Assembly: GCA_018333995.1 (NCBI GenBank)
Contig: JAGXSG010000022.1
Span: 15,699 to 79,698 of the forward strand
Length of the DNA stretch: 64,000 nucleotides
Source: Clostridiales bacterium
Lineage (GTDB): Bacteria > Actinomycetota > Coriobacteriia > Anaerosomatales > SLCP01
Reading direction: 5' to 3'
Program-made: the position numbers and the translations under genes
Shown: positions 1 to 9,158 of the stretch, in pieces
Position numbering within the stretch: position 1 is the stretch's first letter
Layout of the letters: each line of letters opens with the position of its first letter
Notes under the pieces: generated by a model
What the model was told of the DNA's origin: nothing
Database searches by the model: none
Seen by the model: the letters and a program-made list of their open reading frames with translations, nothing else

Positions 1-571
1 ATCCGGGACGTTTGAATCCGCGACGATGGCGTCGACGGATTCGCCCGTCCCTGTACGCATCGTCGACACCAAGCGAGTATCACAGGCAACGGCCCTGTGC
101 GTGAAGGCCGCAGTGAAAGTGCGAGACGCCGGCGGCGACGCCGGCGAGATAGAGAACGCCGCACGAGTCACAGCCGAGACCTCGAGCTTCTTCTTCATCC
201 CTGACACACTGGAGTACCTCGTCAAGGGCGGGCGCGCCGGAAAGGCGGCGGGACTGGCCGCCTCTATTCTCAACATTAAACCGATTCTTGTGTTCAACGC
301 TGAGGGAACCATTGAAACATACAAGAAGGTCAAAGGGTTGAAAAAGGCGATAGCGGAACTGGCTGCCCGAGTCGCCGAGGAGAGCGCATCCACACCGATG
401 ACCCTGTCGATTCTCAGCGCCTCGGCACCGGATCTTGCCGAGAATGTTCGCGCGGCCCTCGACGCAGCTGGTGCGCGGTACACGCTCGACTCGATCGGAA
501 GTGTGGGAGCGGTAATCGGCACGTACGGCGGACCACGCGCGGTGGGCATCGCGTACCACCCGACACGCTAA
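1..571 (+). CDS. DegV-family fatty-acid-binding protein, C-terminal part (5' end outside window)
   Basis: Frame is open from the window edge and ends at TAA 569-571. FFIPDTLEYLVKGGRAGKAAG and ILNIKPIL resemble the C-terminal half of DegV proteins. About 100 aa of N-terminus are missing. Confidence 0.8.
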   Translation, partial: SGTFESATMASTDSPVPVRIVDTKRVSQATALCVKAAVKVRDAGGDAGEIENAARVTAETSSFFFIPDTLEYLVKGGRAGKAAGLAASILNIKPILVFNAEGTIETYKKVKGLKKAIAELAARVAEESASTPMTLSILSASAPDLAENVRAALDAAGARYTLDSIGSVGAVIGTYGGPRAVGIAYHPTR

Positions 572-581
572 ACGCAGACTC

Positions 582-2690
582 ATGAGTGCCGAGGTCCCGG
601 CAGGACGCGTCGAACGCCTTAAGGCATGGGAGCGTCCCGTTACTGACGCCCGTTTCGTCGACTCAGACAGAGCGGAGCTGCTTGGCAGACTGGGCGTGAG
701 CACCGTTGGTGACCTTGTGCGCCACTGGCCGTTTAGGTATCTCGACCTGACGTCTACGCTGCCTCTCGTCAAGCTGCGCCAGGACATCGAAACCACTATC
801 GTCGGCACCGTTCGCCACGTGCGCCGTAAACATCCCCGACCTCGACTCAGCATCGTCGAGGTAGCTGTTTCCGACGGCACCGGCACCATCCTTGGAGTGT
901 GGTTCAACCAACCGTGGATGGCCAACCGCTTCATGGAGGGCGAGAGAGTCGCCCTTGCCGGCAAAGTCGAACTTGACTACGGCATGTTCCGGATGAACAC
1001 ACCTTTCGTCGAGAAGCTCGATGACGAATCGCAAGAACACCGCGTTGGCAGGATCATCCCTGTGCACAGCAGCACGGAAGGGCTCACGGTCAACTGGCTT
1101 CGCCGACTCGTAGCCGCCGCGATAGACGACTACGCCGATGTGCCCGATTTCCTTCCCGTCAACCTCAGGATCCGCCACGACCTCATGTCTCTGCGCGCAG
1201 CGATACGTGCGATGCACTTTCCGCAGAGCATGGACGAGACACGGCTTGCCCGCGTACGGCTTGCCTACGACGAACTGTTCTGCCTGCAACTTGGCCTCGC
1301 GATGCGAAGACACGCCCTTACCAATGAGCGCCGCGGCCACGCGCACCGCACAACAGGTGAACGCCTCTCCCGTCTCGGGAACACGCTGCCCTTCAAGTTG
1401 ACTCACGACCAGCAGACCGCTATCGCCGAAATCCTTGGTGACCTTGCGTCCGCGCGGGTGATGAACCGGCTCCTTCTCGGTGATGTTGGCACCGGGAAGA
1501 CGATTGTCGCCGCTCACGCACTCGCCGCCGTCGCTGACTCATCAACGCAAGCTGCGATGATGGCCCCCACAGAAGTGCTTGCGGTCCAATACGCTGAGAA
1601 AGTCGGACCATTGCTTGACGCGGTCGGCATCACCTGGGGACTCCTAACGGGTTCCACCGGCACGAAGCGGCGTAACGAGCTGCGTGCCGCCATCGCTTCA
1701 GGTGAGCTTGAAGTGGTCTTTGGCACGCATGCGCTGATCGAGGAAGGGATCGACTTCCCCCGTCTCACCCTCGCGATCGTTGATGAGCAACACCGCTTCG
1801 GCGTGAGCCAACGTCTTGCCCTTCGCAAGAAGGGTGAAGCGGTCGACATGCTAGTGATGACCGCCACGCCGATTCCGCGCTCCCTAGCGCTCACACGCTT
1901 CGGCGATCTTGACACCTCTTACCTGCGTGCCCGGCCTCACGGAGACGGTACACCGAGAATCACAACCCGACTCGTGGATCGGGCCCACCGCGCTGACTCC
2001 TACGAGACCATACGTAACGCGGTCAAAGACGGTCAGCAGGCCTACGTCGTCTGTCCGCTCATCGAGGAATCAGACTCAGTTAGCGCGCGCTCCGCGATGA
2101 GCGAGGCCCAGAGGTTGGCAACTGAGGTATTCAGCGATCTGAGAGTGGGTGTGTTGACCGGCAAGATGCGGCCCGGCAATCGCCTGGAAACCATGCGCGC
2201 CTTCAAAGCTGGTGAGCTTGATGTGCTCGTGAGCACTACCGTCATCGAAGTCGGCGTCGATGTGCCCAACGCTACGGTCATGCTTATCGAAGATGCCGAG
2301 CGATTCGGGCTCGCGCAACTTCACCAGCTCCGCGGCCGCGTGGGGCGAGGAATCAAACCCGGGGAGGTTCTGCTATTTGCGGACCCAAAATCCGCTGAAG
2401 GTCGCGCACGCATGGAGGCGATCGTACACAGCGACGACGGTTTTGCGCTCGCGGAGCAGGATCTGCGGTTACGCGGGCCTGGTCAGCTTCTCGGTATCGC
2501 ACAGCACGGTCTGCCGCACCTGCAGGTCGCGTCTCTCGTTGATGACGCTGAGCTTCTGCAGACGGCGCGACACGACGCTTTCGAGCTTGTCGACACTGAC
2601 CCAGCCCTTCTCCACGACACTCACGTCCCGCTTAGGCGAGAGGTTGAGCGACGGCTCGCAGGAGTCGTCGAATGGATGGAGAGCGGGTGA
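582..2690 (+). CDS. recG: ATP-dependent DNA helicase RecG
   Basis: 702 aa. Walker A GDVGTGKT, DEQH box (IVDEQHRFGV), helicase C-terminal motifs (QLHQLRGRVGRG), N-terminal wedge-like region. Confidence 0.95.
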   Translation: MSAEVPAGRVERLKAWERPVTDARFVDSDRAELLGRLGVSTVGDLVRHWPFRYLDLTSTLPLVKLRQDIETTIVGTVRHVRRKHPRPRLSIVEVAVSDGTGTILGVWFNQPWMANRFMEGERVALAGKVELDYGMFRMNTPFVEKLDDESQEHRVGRIIPVHSSTEGLTVNWLRRLVAAAIDDYADVPDFLPVNLRIRHDLMSLRAAIRAMHFPQSMDETRLARVRLAYDELFCLQLGLAMRRHALTNERRGHAHRTTGERLSRLGNTLPFKLTHDQQTAIAEILGDLASARVMNRLLLGDVGTGKTIVAAHALAAVADSSTQAAMMAPTEVLAVQYAEKVGPLLDAVGITWGLLTGSTGTKRRNELRAAIASGELEVVFGTHALIEEGIDFPRLTLAIVDEQHRFGVSQRLALRKKGEAVDMLVMTATPIPRSLALTRFGDLDTSYLRARPHGDGTPRITTRLVDRAHRADSYETIRNAVKDGQQAYVVCPLIEESDSVSARSAMSEAQRLATEVFSDLRVGVLTGKMRPGNRLETMRAFKAGELDVLVSTTVIEVGVDVPNATVMLIEDAERFGLAQLHQLRGRVGRGIKPGEVLLFADPKSAEGRARMEAIVHSDDGFALAEQDLRLRGPGQLLGIAQHGLPHLQVASLVDDAELLQTARHDAFELVDTDPALLHDTHVPLRREVERRLAGVVEWMESG

Positions 2691-2700
2691 TGATTTCCCG

Positions 2701-3285
2701 ATGAGGATCGTTGCCGGCTTGCTTGGTGGCAGACGTCTTGCGACACCTGATCACTCGAAAACGCGTCCAACCTCCGACCGCGTTCGCGAAGCAGTGTTTT
2801 CGAGCCTGACTGCGCGTCTCGGCACTCATCTTGGCCAAGCACGCGTTCTTGACGCGTTCGCCGGATCGGGAGCTCTCGGGCTTGAGGCTCTCTCAAGGGG
2901 AGCGTCACATGTGACCTTCTGCGAGACAGACCGTTTTGCGCTTTCCGCCCTACATCGAAACATCGCCGATCTCGGTGTCACGGAACAGACGAGCGTGCTC
3001 GCCGCTGATGTCTTCGGCATCGCACGTACCGGGCGCCTCGGCGATACACCTTTCGCGTTGCTCTTTCTCGACCCTCCCTATAGAATCAACAAGGCCGAGG
3101 TCACGGCGCTTATCGTGAAGCTCTCCGCACGCGGACTGCTCGCACCCGAAGCACTCATCGTGTGGGAGCGCGCCACGGGTGAGCAAGTCGCATGGCCAGC
3201 AGGATGTGTACTTGAGCAAGAGAACCGCTACGGATCGACCACGACGGAGATCGCACGGTGGATAGGGGAGGAGAGCACGCGGTGA
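2701..3285 (+). CDS. rsmD: 16S rRNA (guanine966-N2)-methyltransferase RsmD
   Basis: ORF-track frame 2260-3285 overlaps recG. The first ATG after the recG stop is 2701 (MRIVAGLLGGRRL). DPPY motif (LFLDPPY) and SAM-binding DAFAGSGALGLEA. Confidence 0.9.
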   Translation: MRIVAGLLGGRRLATPDHSKTRPTSDRVREAVFSSLTARLGTHLGQARVLDAFAGSGALGLEALSRGASHVTFCETDRFALSALHRNIADLGVTEQTSVLAADVFGIARTGRLGDTPFALLFLDPPYRINKAEVTALIVKLSARGLLAPEALIVWERATGEQVAWPAGCVLEQENRYGSTTTEIARWIGEESTR

Positions 3286-3773
3286 AGCGAGGTGTGTGTC
3301 CGGGAACGTTCGATCCCGTCACCTCCGGCCATCTCGACATCATCGAGCGGGCCTCCGCTCTTCTCGATGAGCTGATTGTAGCGGTGGCCCTGAGTCCAGA
3401 TAAGGGCGGGGGACCGTTCTTCTCCATTGACGAGCGGTGTGAGCTCATCTCCGGGGCCGTTTCGCATCTTCCTAACGTATCGGTCCGCCCTTTTGATACC
3501 CTCTTGGTTGACTTCGCGTCCGAGACGGGCGCTTCTGTCATCATTAAGGGGTTGCGCGCCGTGACAGACTTCGAGCGCGAGTTCCAGATGGCGCAGTTGA
3601 ACTACCGTCTCGTGCCGGATGTAGAGACGATGTTCATAATGGCGATACCGGAGTACATGTACCTGAGCTCATCGGCGGTAAAAGAGATCGCACGCCATGG
3701 CGGACCGGTAGAAGGTCTCGTCCCGCCAAATGTGTGCGAAGCGCTTGCCGAGCGGCGCACGCGGTCCCGTTAA
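3282..3773 (+). CDS. coaD: Phosphopantetheine adenylyltransferase CoaD
   Basis: GTG 3282 overlaps the rsmD stop (GTGA). CPGTFDPVTSGHLDIIERA nucleotidyltransferase signature. ATG 3258 is an alternative start. Confidence 0.93.
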   Translation: MKRGVCPGTFDPVTSGHLDIIERASALLDELIVAVALSPDKGGGPFFSIDERCELISGAVSHLPNVSVRPFDTLLVDFASETGASVIIKGLRAVTDFEREFQMAQLNYRLVPDVETMFIMAIPEYMYLSSSAVKEIARHGGPVEGLVPPNVCEALAERRTRSR

Positions 3774-3785
3774 GGGAGGACATAC

Positions 3786-4253
3786 ATGGATATCATGGCC
3801 TTGGTCGACAGGATCGAAGAACTCGTGGACAGCGGACGCTCGCTACCGCTCTCCAGCTCAAAGCTTGTCGATCCCGAGAAGGTCTACGAGATCGTCGACG
3901 AGATTCGGGCACAGTTCCCGGACGAGATCAAGCAAGCACGATGGATCGTCAAAGAGCGTCAGGAGATGCTCGAGGAAGCCGAGAAGGAAGCGAACCGCAT
4001 CCTGGAAGACGCACGCGATCGCGCGCGCTCTATCGCAAGTGACCAAGAGATCGTGAAACTAGCCGAGCAACAGGCGGCAGCGATTATGGACGATGCGCGC
4101 GCCAAGGAGCGCGAGATCAGGCTCGGTGCCGAGGATTACGCCGACGAGATGCTCGCAAACCTCGAAGTGAATCTTGGAAAGCTTCTAACAGCAGTGCAAC
4201 GTGGCCGTGACCGCCTCCAAGGTAAGGCCGGCGGCGGCGGCCAACGTCAGTAG
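3786..4253 (+). CDS. Coiled-coil protein of unknown function (charged heptad-rich, ATP-synthase-b/DivIVA-like composition only)
   Basis: 155 aa ORF. SD-like GGGAGGA at 3774-3780, 5 nt before the ATG. Long E/R/A-rich helical region. Sits between coaD and yceD. I recognise no catalytic motif. Confidence 0.6.
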   Translation: MDIMALVDRIEELVDSGRSLPLSSSKLVDPEKVYEIVDEIRAQFPDEIKQARWIVKERQEMLEEAEKEANRILEDARDRARSIASDQEIVKLAEQQAAAIMDDARAKEREIRLGAEDYADEMLANLEVNLGKLLTAVQRGRDRLQGKAGGGGQRQ

Positions 4254-4274
4254 ACGCGGACGGATGAATCTGGG

Positions 4275-4817
4275 ATGAACAGCTTCCTTGTCGACGTGTC
4301 ATCGGCACTCTCGGAACCAGGTGCTTCGATCGAGGTTGATGATGAAGTCCCGTTAGGCGAAGTCGAGTGCGGCGACACGCTTCTCGTGTTCGAAGAACCG
4401 CCGCGGGTAAGCGCGAGACTGGTGCGAACAGACATCGGACTCGTGCTTTCCGGCACGGTCACCGCCAGCGCCAAGGTAGAGTGCTCGCGATGCCTGGAAC
4501 CGTTCGTTCTCACTGTAGTGGGCGCAATTGAGGGCGGATTCAACATTCCGAGCGTTGCGCCCTTGACCGATATCGACGAGGACTGGGGCGACGTTGTTGG
4601 CGAAAGCGTGGATCTAATGCCGTCAATCGAGTCCGCGATCCGCCTGGAAGTGCCGTTAGCTCCCGTTCACGACGAATCGTGTCTGGGAATATGCCCCACC
4701 TGCGGGTCTGATCTCAATATCGAACGTTGCTCGTGTGAGGTGACGGCAGGAGAAGCGGCCGCGAATCCCTTCGCGGCCCTCAAGGATCTTAAGCATCCTG
4801 TCACGCCATCCGAGTAG
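4275..4817 (+). CDS. yceD: YceD/DUF177 family protein (large-subunit rRNA accumulation protein)
   Basis: 180 aa acidic protein with ECSRCLEPF and [13 protein letters not shown] Cys pairs, immediately upstream of rpmF as is typical for DUF177. Confidence 0.85.
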   Translation: MNSFLVDVSSALSEPGASIEVDDEVPLGEVECGDTLLVFEEPPRVSARLVRTDIGLVLSGTVTASAKVECSRCLEPFVLTVVGAIEGGFNIPSVAPLTDIDEDWGDVVGESVDLMPSIESAIRLEVPLAPVHDESCLGICPTCGSDLNIERCSCEVTAGEAAANPFAALKDLKHPVTPSE

Positions 4818-4832
4818 GTGCGCGATGCGCAC

Positions 4833-4843
4833 TGTGCTATAGT
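4833..4843 (+). promoter_or_regulatory. Candidate extended -10 promoter (TGTGC-TATAGT) for rpmF-plsX-fab
   Basis: TRTGn motif directly abutting TATAGT, 85 nt upstream of the rpmF ATG in the yceD-rpmF gap. Confidence 0.45.
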
Positions 4844-4853
4844 TTCCCGCTGT

Positions 4854-4908
4854 GCAACACCGATCGTGTTGCCCGGATGAAGACACTCCGGACGATAACA
4901 ACGTCCGG
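4854..4908 (+). promoter_or_regulatory. Structured rpmF 5' leader: two 7-bp hairpins
   Basis: GCAACAC-cgatc-GTGTTGC (4854-4872) and CCGGACG-ataacaa-CGTCCGG (4888-4908). The second ends 6 nt before the SD. Confidence 0.4.
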
Positions 4909-4927
4909 GAATGAAGAAGGAGATTCT

Positions 4928-5104
4928 ATGGCCGTCCCTAAGAGGAAGACCTCCCGCGCCGTGCGCGATTCGCGCCGTGCCACCCACGCGATCGGTGCGC
5001 CTGCCGCCTCGAAGTGTTCACAGTGTCACGAACCCAAACTCCCGCACCGGGTTTGCGGCAAGTGCGGATACTACGACGGCAAGGAAGTCATTGACACCCA
5101 GTAG
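4928..5104 (+). CDS. rpmF: 50S ribosomal protein L32 (zinc-ribbon C+ form)
   Basis: [12 protein letters not shown]-terminus. SD GAAGGAG at 4915-4921. CSQC...CGKC zinc ribbon. The ORF-track start 4877 has no SD and adds 17 non-conserved aa. Confidence 0.93.
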   Translation: MAVPKRKTSRAVRDSRRATHAIGAPAASKCSQCHEPKLPHRVCGKCGYYDGKEVIDTQ

Positions 5105-5147
5105 TGCGTAGCCGGTGCCCCGTCTGTCGCGAGCCGAAAGAGATTGC

Positions 5148-6152
5148 ATGACCGACGTCCGGCGAATACGCGTTGTGGTTGATGCCGCAGGTGGAGACCG
5201 CGCGCCTGGAGACATCCTAAGAGGCGTGGAAATCGCCCACGACACGACGCCAGGCGTTGAGATCGTGCTTACTGGTCCTGAAGAAGTGGTTGTACCGTTT
5301 GCCGCCGCACGCGAGCGAGTGATCGCGCACCCCACCACCGAGATCATTTTGATGGACGAGCACCCGGCAAGCGCGGTGCGTGCCAAGCCGGACTCCTCGA
5401 TCGTCGCAGGATGCCGTCTCGTACGCGACGGAGAGGCCGACGCCTTCTTCTCGGCGGGCTCGACAGGTGCCGCCATGACCGCGGCGACCCTCGTGATGGG
5501 CAGGATACCCGGTGTGGCGCGGCCAGCGATCGCAACGGTCATCCCCACTGCCGGCGCACCCGCTGTCCTCCTCGACGCAGGCGCGAACGCTGAGTGCAAA
5601 CCTGAGCACCTGCTCGCATTTGGGCACATGGGAGTCGCGTACGCACAGACGGTTCTCGGAGTCGCAAACCCGCGCGTCGCACTCCTCAACATCGGCGAGG
5701 AGCCGTCCAAGGGCTCGCAGCTTGCCATCGACGCCCACGCGCTCATGGCCGAGCACCTGAGCGGTTTTGTCGGCAACATCGAGGGCCGAGACATCCTATC
5801 CGGGGCTGTCGACGTCATAGTGACGGACGGCTTCACTGGAAACATCTCCCTCAAACTGCTCGAAGGCGCATCGAAAACACTTCTGGGCCAACTGAAGGCC
5901 GAGATGACCGCCACACTTCCGCGTAAACTTGCCGCCGCGGTGCTTGCTCCTGGGCTTAGGCGTTTGAAGGAGCGGCTCGATCCCGAGACGTACGGCGGCG
6001 CCCCGCTGCTCGGTGTCCGTGGCGTGTGCATCATCGGACACGGCTCCAGCGGTTCCCGCGCAGTGGCGGCGGCTGTAAACGTTGCCGCCACTGCGGTATC
6101 CGGGGATCTCACTGGATCGATCACGCGAGCGGTCGCGCGCGAAAGTTTGTGA
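5148..6152 (+). CDS. plsX: Phosphate acyltransferase PlsX
   Basis: RIRVVVDAAGGDRAP (PlsX GGD motif) and full-length similarity pattern. GTG 5115 is an alternative start. Confidence 0.92.
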   Translation: MTDVRRIRVVVDAAGGDRAPGDILRGVEIAHDTTPGVEIVLTGPEEVVVPFAAARERVIAHPTTEIILMDEHPASAVRAKPDSSIVAGCRLVRDGEADAFFSAGSTGAAMTAATLVMGRIPGVARPAIATVIPTAGAPAVLLDAGANAECKPEHLLAFGHMGVAYAQTVLGVANPRVALLNIGEEPSKGSQLAIDAHALMAEHLSGFVGNIEGRDILSGAVDVIVTDGFTGNISLKLLEGASKTLLGQLKAEMTATLPRKLAAAVLAPGLRRLKERLDPETYGGAPLLGVRGVCIIGHGSSGSRAVAAAVNVAATAVSGDLTGSITRAVARESL

Positions 6153-6276
6153 CGCCCGTGCCGGTGCGGTCGACGCTTTTTGGCAAGGAGCGATACCTCA
6201 ACGCACGCACGCGGCGTGGTGTACACTACTCGGACACTAAGGCCCCCGCGATGTCTGTTGAGGAGAACCTGGGATA

Positions 6277-7281
6277 GTGACCAGATACGCCCGTATCGCC
6301 GGCATCGGCTCGTACCTGCCCGAACGGGTGCTCACCAACAGCGAGCTCGAGCAGGTCGTTGACACCACCGATGAGTGGATCGTTGCTCGGACCGGCATAC
6401 GAGAGCGTCGCGTGGTAGCCGCTGGGGAAGCGACCTCGGATCTTGCGGTGAGAGCGGCTTCGCGCGCTTGTGACGACGCAGGCTGCACCCCGGACGACAT
6501 CGACCTGCTCGTGGTCGGGACGTCCACACCGGACATGATGTTTCCCTCGACCGCGTGTCTAGTGCAAGCGGCACTCAATCTCACATGCCCCGCGTACGAT
6601 CTCAACGCGGCGTGTTCCGGCTTCGTGTTCGCGCTTCATTCAGCGGCAACCGCCATTGAGTCAGGGCGGGTCGACAGGGTGCTCGTCATAGGCGCGGATG
6701 CGCTCACTCGTCACGTCGATTTCACGGACCGTGCCACGTGTGTGCTGTTTGGAGACGGAGCTGGAGCGCTCGTGCTCGAAGCGTCGGACGAACCAGGGGT
6801 GCTCGGAATCTCGCTCGGATCCGACGGCCGCGGCGCCGATCTGCTCAAGGTACCCGCGGGAGGCTCGGCGTTACCTGAACCGGTGGCGGAGACAGGGGAG
6901 GGCTCGCGATTTCTGCTCATGAACGGAAGCGAAGTGTTCCGGTTCGCGGTAGGGGCCATCCCCTCGGCCACAAGGAGCGCGCTCGAGGCGAGCGGACTTG
7001 CTGTCGCCGACCTCAATTGGCTCGTCCCGCACCAAGCCAACCAGCGCATACTGAACACGATCGCCTCGCGTCTAGGCGTGCCAGCCGAGCGGGTATTTAG
7101 CAACGTTGCTACGACCGGCAACACCTCCGCCGCGTCGATACCCCTCGCTCTCGACGACCTGTATACTAGCGGGCGAATCGCACCGGGTGACCGGATCGCC
7201 CTTGTCGGTTTCGGTGCCGGACTGACGTGGGGCGCCGCGATCGTCCGCTGGACCAAGCCCCTACGCACCGAGGAGAACTGA
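6277..7281 (+). CDS. fabH: 3-oxoacyl-ACP synthase III FabH
   Basis: 334 aa. Catalytic triad context LNAACSGF (Cys), HQANQRI (His), GNTSAASIP (Asn). GTG start. Confidence 0.95.
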   Translation: MTRYARIAGIGSYLPERVLTNSELEQVVDTTDEWIVARTGIRERRVVAAGEATSDLAVRAASRACDDAGCTPDDIDLLVVGTSTPDMMFPSTACLVQAALNLTCPAYDLNAACSGFVFALHSAATAIESGRVDRVLVIGADALTRHVDFTDRATCVLFGDGAGALVLEASDEPGVLGISLGSDGRGADLLKVPAGGSALPEPVAETGEGSRFLLMNGSEVFRFAVGAIPSATRSALEASGLAVADLNWLVPHQANQRILNTIASRLGVPAERVFSNVATTGNTSAASIPLALDDLYTSGRIAPGDRIALVGFGAGLTWGAAIVRWTKPLRTEEN

Positions 7282-7282
7282 C

Positions 7283-8239
7283 ATGACGCTGCCCACCCGG
7301 GTGACCGCCCTTCTTGGCATCGAGCATCCGGTTATCCAAGGCGGCATGGCGTGGACCGCCACCGCCGAACTTGCGGCGGCTGTCAGCAACGCTGGGGGAC
7401 TCGGCGTGATTGGGGCAGGTCACATGCCTACCGACCTGTTACGCGAGCAGATTCGCCGCGCGAAAACCCTCACGGACGAGCCGTTTGGCGTCAACCTCAT
7501 GCTTCTCACCCCTCACATCGATGAGTTGGTCGAGATGGTCCTAGCCGAAGGAGTACACGCGGTCACCACCGGCGCCGGCAACCCTGGCAAATACATGTCC
7601 GCGTTCAAGGACAGGGGAATCAGAGTGCTTCCGATCGCCCCAAGCGTCGCGCTTGCAAAGCGGCTTGAAGCAATCGGCGCCGACGCGATCATCGGCGAGG
7701 GGATGGAGGCCGGCGGCCACATCGGAGAACTCACAACGATGGCGCTGATTCCTCAGCTTGTCGACGCGGTTGACATCCCTGTCGTCGCCGCGGGGGGCAT
7801 CGCGGACGGACGGGGAGTGGCGGCGGCCTTCGCGCTCGGCGCTGAAGCGGTACAAGTCGGTACCCGCTTCATGTGTGCGACCGAGTGCACGATCCACCAA
7901 CACGTGAAGGAGCGCATCATCAAGGCCCGTGACCGGGACACGGTGGTGACCGGTTACTCAACAGGGCATCCCGTGCGTGTCATTAAGAACAAGCTTTCGA
8001 GGATGCTCGTAGAACTGGACCGGGACAACAAACCCGAGGAAATTGAAGCCCTCGGATCGGGCAAGCTCTCTTTGTGCATGTGTCAGGGCGACCTAGAGAT
8101 GGGATCGCTCATGGCTGGGCAGGCATCGGCGATGGTTGACCGCGTTCAGCCGGCGGCAGAGATCGTAGACGAGCTCATGACTGAGGCGATCTCAGTGATC
8201 GGACGGCTATCGGCTCTTCCTTCAAAGGCCGGTGTGTGA
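7283..8239 (+). CDS. fabK: Enoyl-ACP reductase FabK (FMN-dependent, NMO/NPD family)
   Basis: 318 aa. HPVIQGGMAW, VTTGAGNPGKYM, GEGMEAGGHIG and AAGGIADGRG closely follow the streptococcal FabK pattern. Located between fabH and fabD. Confidence 0.88.
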   Translation: MTLPTRVTALLGIEHPVIQGGMAWTATAELAAAVSNAGGLGVIGAGHMPTDLLREQIRRAKTLTDEPFGVNLMLLTPHIDELVEMVLAEGVHAVTTGAGNPGKYMSAFKDRGIRVLPIAPSVALAKRLEAIGADAIIGEGMEAGGHIGELTTMALIPQLVDAVDIPVVAAGGIADGRGVAAAFALGAEAVQVGTRFMCATECTIHQHVKERIIKARDRDTVVTGYSTGHPVRVIKNKLSRMLVELDRDNKPEEIEALGSGKLSLCMCQGDLEMGSLMAGQASAMVDRVQPAAEIVDELMTEAISVIGRLSALPSKAGV

Positions 8240-9158
8240 CGACGTGAACGCCGTATTTGTCTTTCCCGGGCAGGGTTCACAGCATCCCCAAATGTTTTCA
8301 AGGGTGCCTGAGAGCGACGATCTCCCCCGGTTGCTCGATGCAGCCGAGGCACTGACCGGTCTTGATCTGAATCGCCTGACCAGCAACGCAATGCTCTCCG
8401 ATCTCACCGACACTCGTGTCGCGCAGCCGCTCCTCTACCTGTGTGATTGGGCGTGGGGCCGCGCGCTCATCGACGTAGGACTCGAACCGGTCGCGCTCGC
8501 TGGCCACAGCCTCGGAGAACTCGCCGCGCTTGCCGTAGCCGAAGTCTACTCAGTCGAAGCGGGACTCGAGCTCGTGTGCGCACGTTCGAAAATGATGGCC
8601 GAGGCCACCGAAAGCGTCCCGGGGACGATGGCCGCCGTTTTAGGCCTGGACCTCCAGGCGGCCACATCGGCGCTCGCCGACCTATCTGATGTGTGGGTAG
8701 CAAACGACAACGCTCCCGGACAGGTCGTCATCTCTGGAACCGTCGACGGGGTTGCGCGCGCACGACCCGCGCTTGAAGCCGCCGGAGCTCGCCGCGTTCT
8801 TGCCCTCGACGTCTCCGGTCCTTTTCACACCCCCCTGATGAAAACGGCCGCACTTGAGTTCAGCGTGCTGCTCAACGCCGCTGAGTTCCGCACCGCCAGA
8901 TTCCCCGTAATTCAAAACACCCGCCCCACTCCAGCTACTGACGCCGACGTGATCCGTGAGGCGCTGAAGGCTCAGATGGCTGGTGTCGTGCGATGGACCG
9001 AGTCGATGACTCAGATGCGTTCGTACGACCCTGTCACACTTATAGAGGCAGGACCTGGTTCCGTACTTTCAGGTCTTGCGCGCAAGGTTGATAAGATCAC
9101 TGCCGTATCTGTGGAGCACGTGCAGCTCGAGACCATCGTTGAGGAGGTCATGCGGTGA
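8232..9158 (+). CDS. fabD: Malonyl-CoA:ACP transacylase FabD
   Basis: FVFPGQGSQ and GHSLGE active-site motifs. GTG 8244 is an alternative start. Confidence 0.93.
   Translation: MCDDVNAVFVFPGQGSQHPQMFSRVPESDDLPRLLDAAEALTGLDLNRLTSNAMLSDLTDTRVAQPLLYLCDWAWGRALIDVGLEPVALAGHSLGELAALAVAEVYSVEAGLELVCARSKMMAEATESVPGTMAAVLGLDLQAATSALADLSDVWVANDNAPGQVVISGTVDGVARARPALEAAGARRVLALDVSGPFHTPLMKTAALEFSVLLNAAEFRTARFPVIQNTRPTPATDADVIREALKAQMAGVVRWTESMTQMRSYDPVTLIEAGPGSVLSGLARKVDKITAVSVEHVQLETIVEEVMR

Noticed and set aside
2260-2700. N-terminal extensions in the ORF track that overlap the preceding gene. These are the ORF-track starts at 2260, 12317, 24286, 25683, 27945, 29059, 31467, 32508, 34411, 47308, 49268 and 63266, and also 4877 and 9916.
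   Set aside because: The extended parts are out-of-frame read-through of the upstream gene, have no family similarity and no SD. Internal ATG/GTG starts right after (or overlapping) the upstream stop give proteins of canonical length and N-terminus.
5018-6226. Long antisense ORFs opposite well-supported genes. Examples: 5018-6226 (402 aa, opposite plsX), 80-964, 10111-11070, 12863-13990 (crosses the rnc-smc gap), 15263-16132, 38212-39147, 45050-45910 and 57207-58121.
   Set aside because: They are Arg/Ser/Ala/Pro-rich and low-complexity, with no recognisable motifs, and lie exactly antisense to genes with clear family signatures. Stop-codon depletion on the opposite strand is expected in GC-rich coding DNA.
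6153-6276. T5 run (6177-6181) after plsX as an intrinsic terminator, and the 8-bp palindrome GTGTACAC / repeated ACACTA (6223-6239) as an operator upstream of fabH.
   Set aside because: The best stem before the T run is 3-5 bp with wobble pairs, which is too weak. The palindrome and the 6-nt repeat are short enough to be chance, and I know of no matching regulator site. I note a possible TACACT -10 only.
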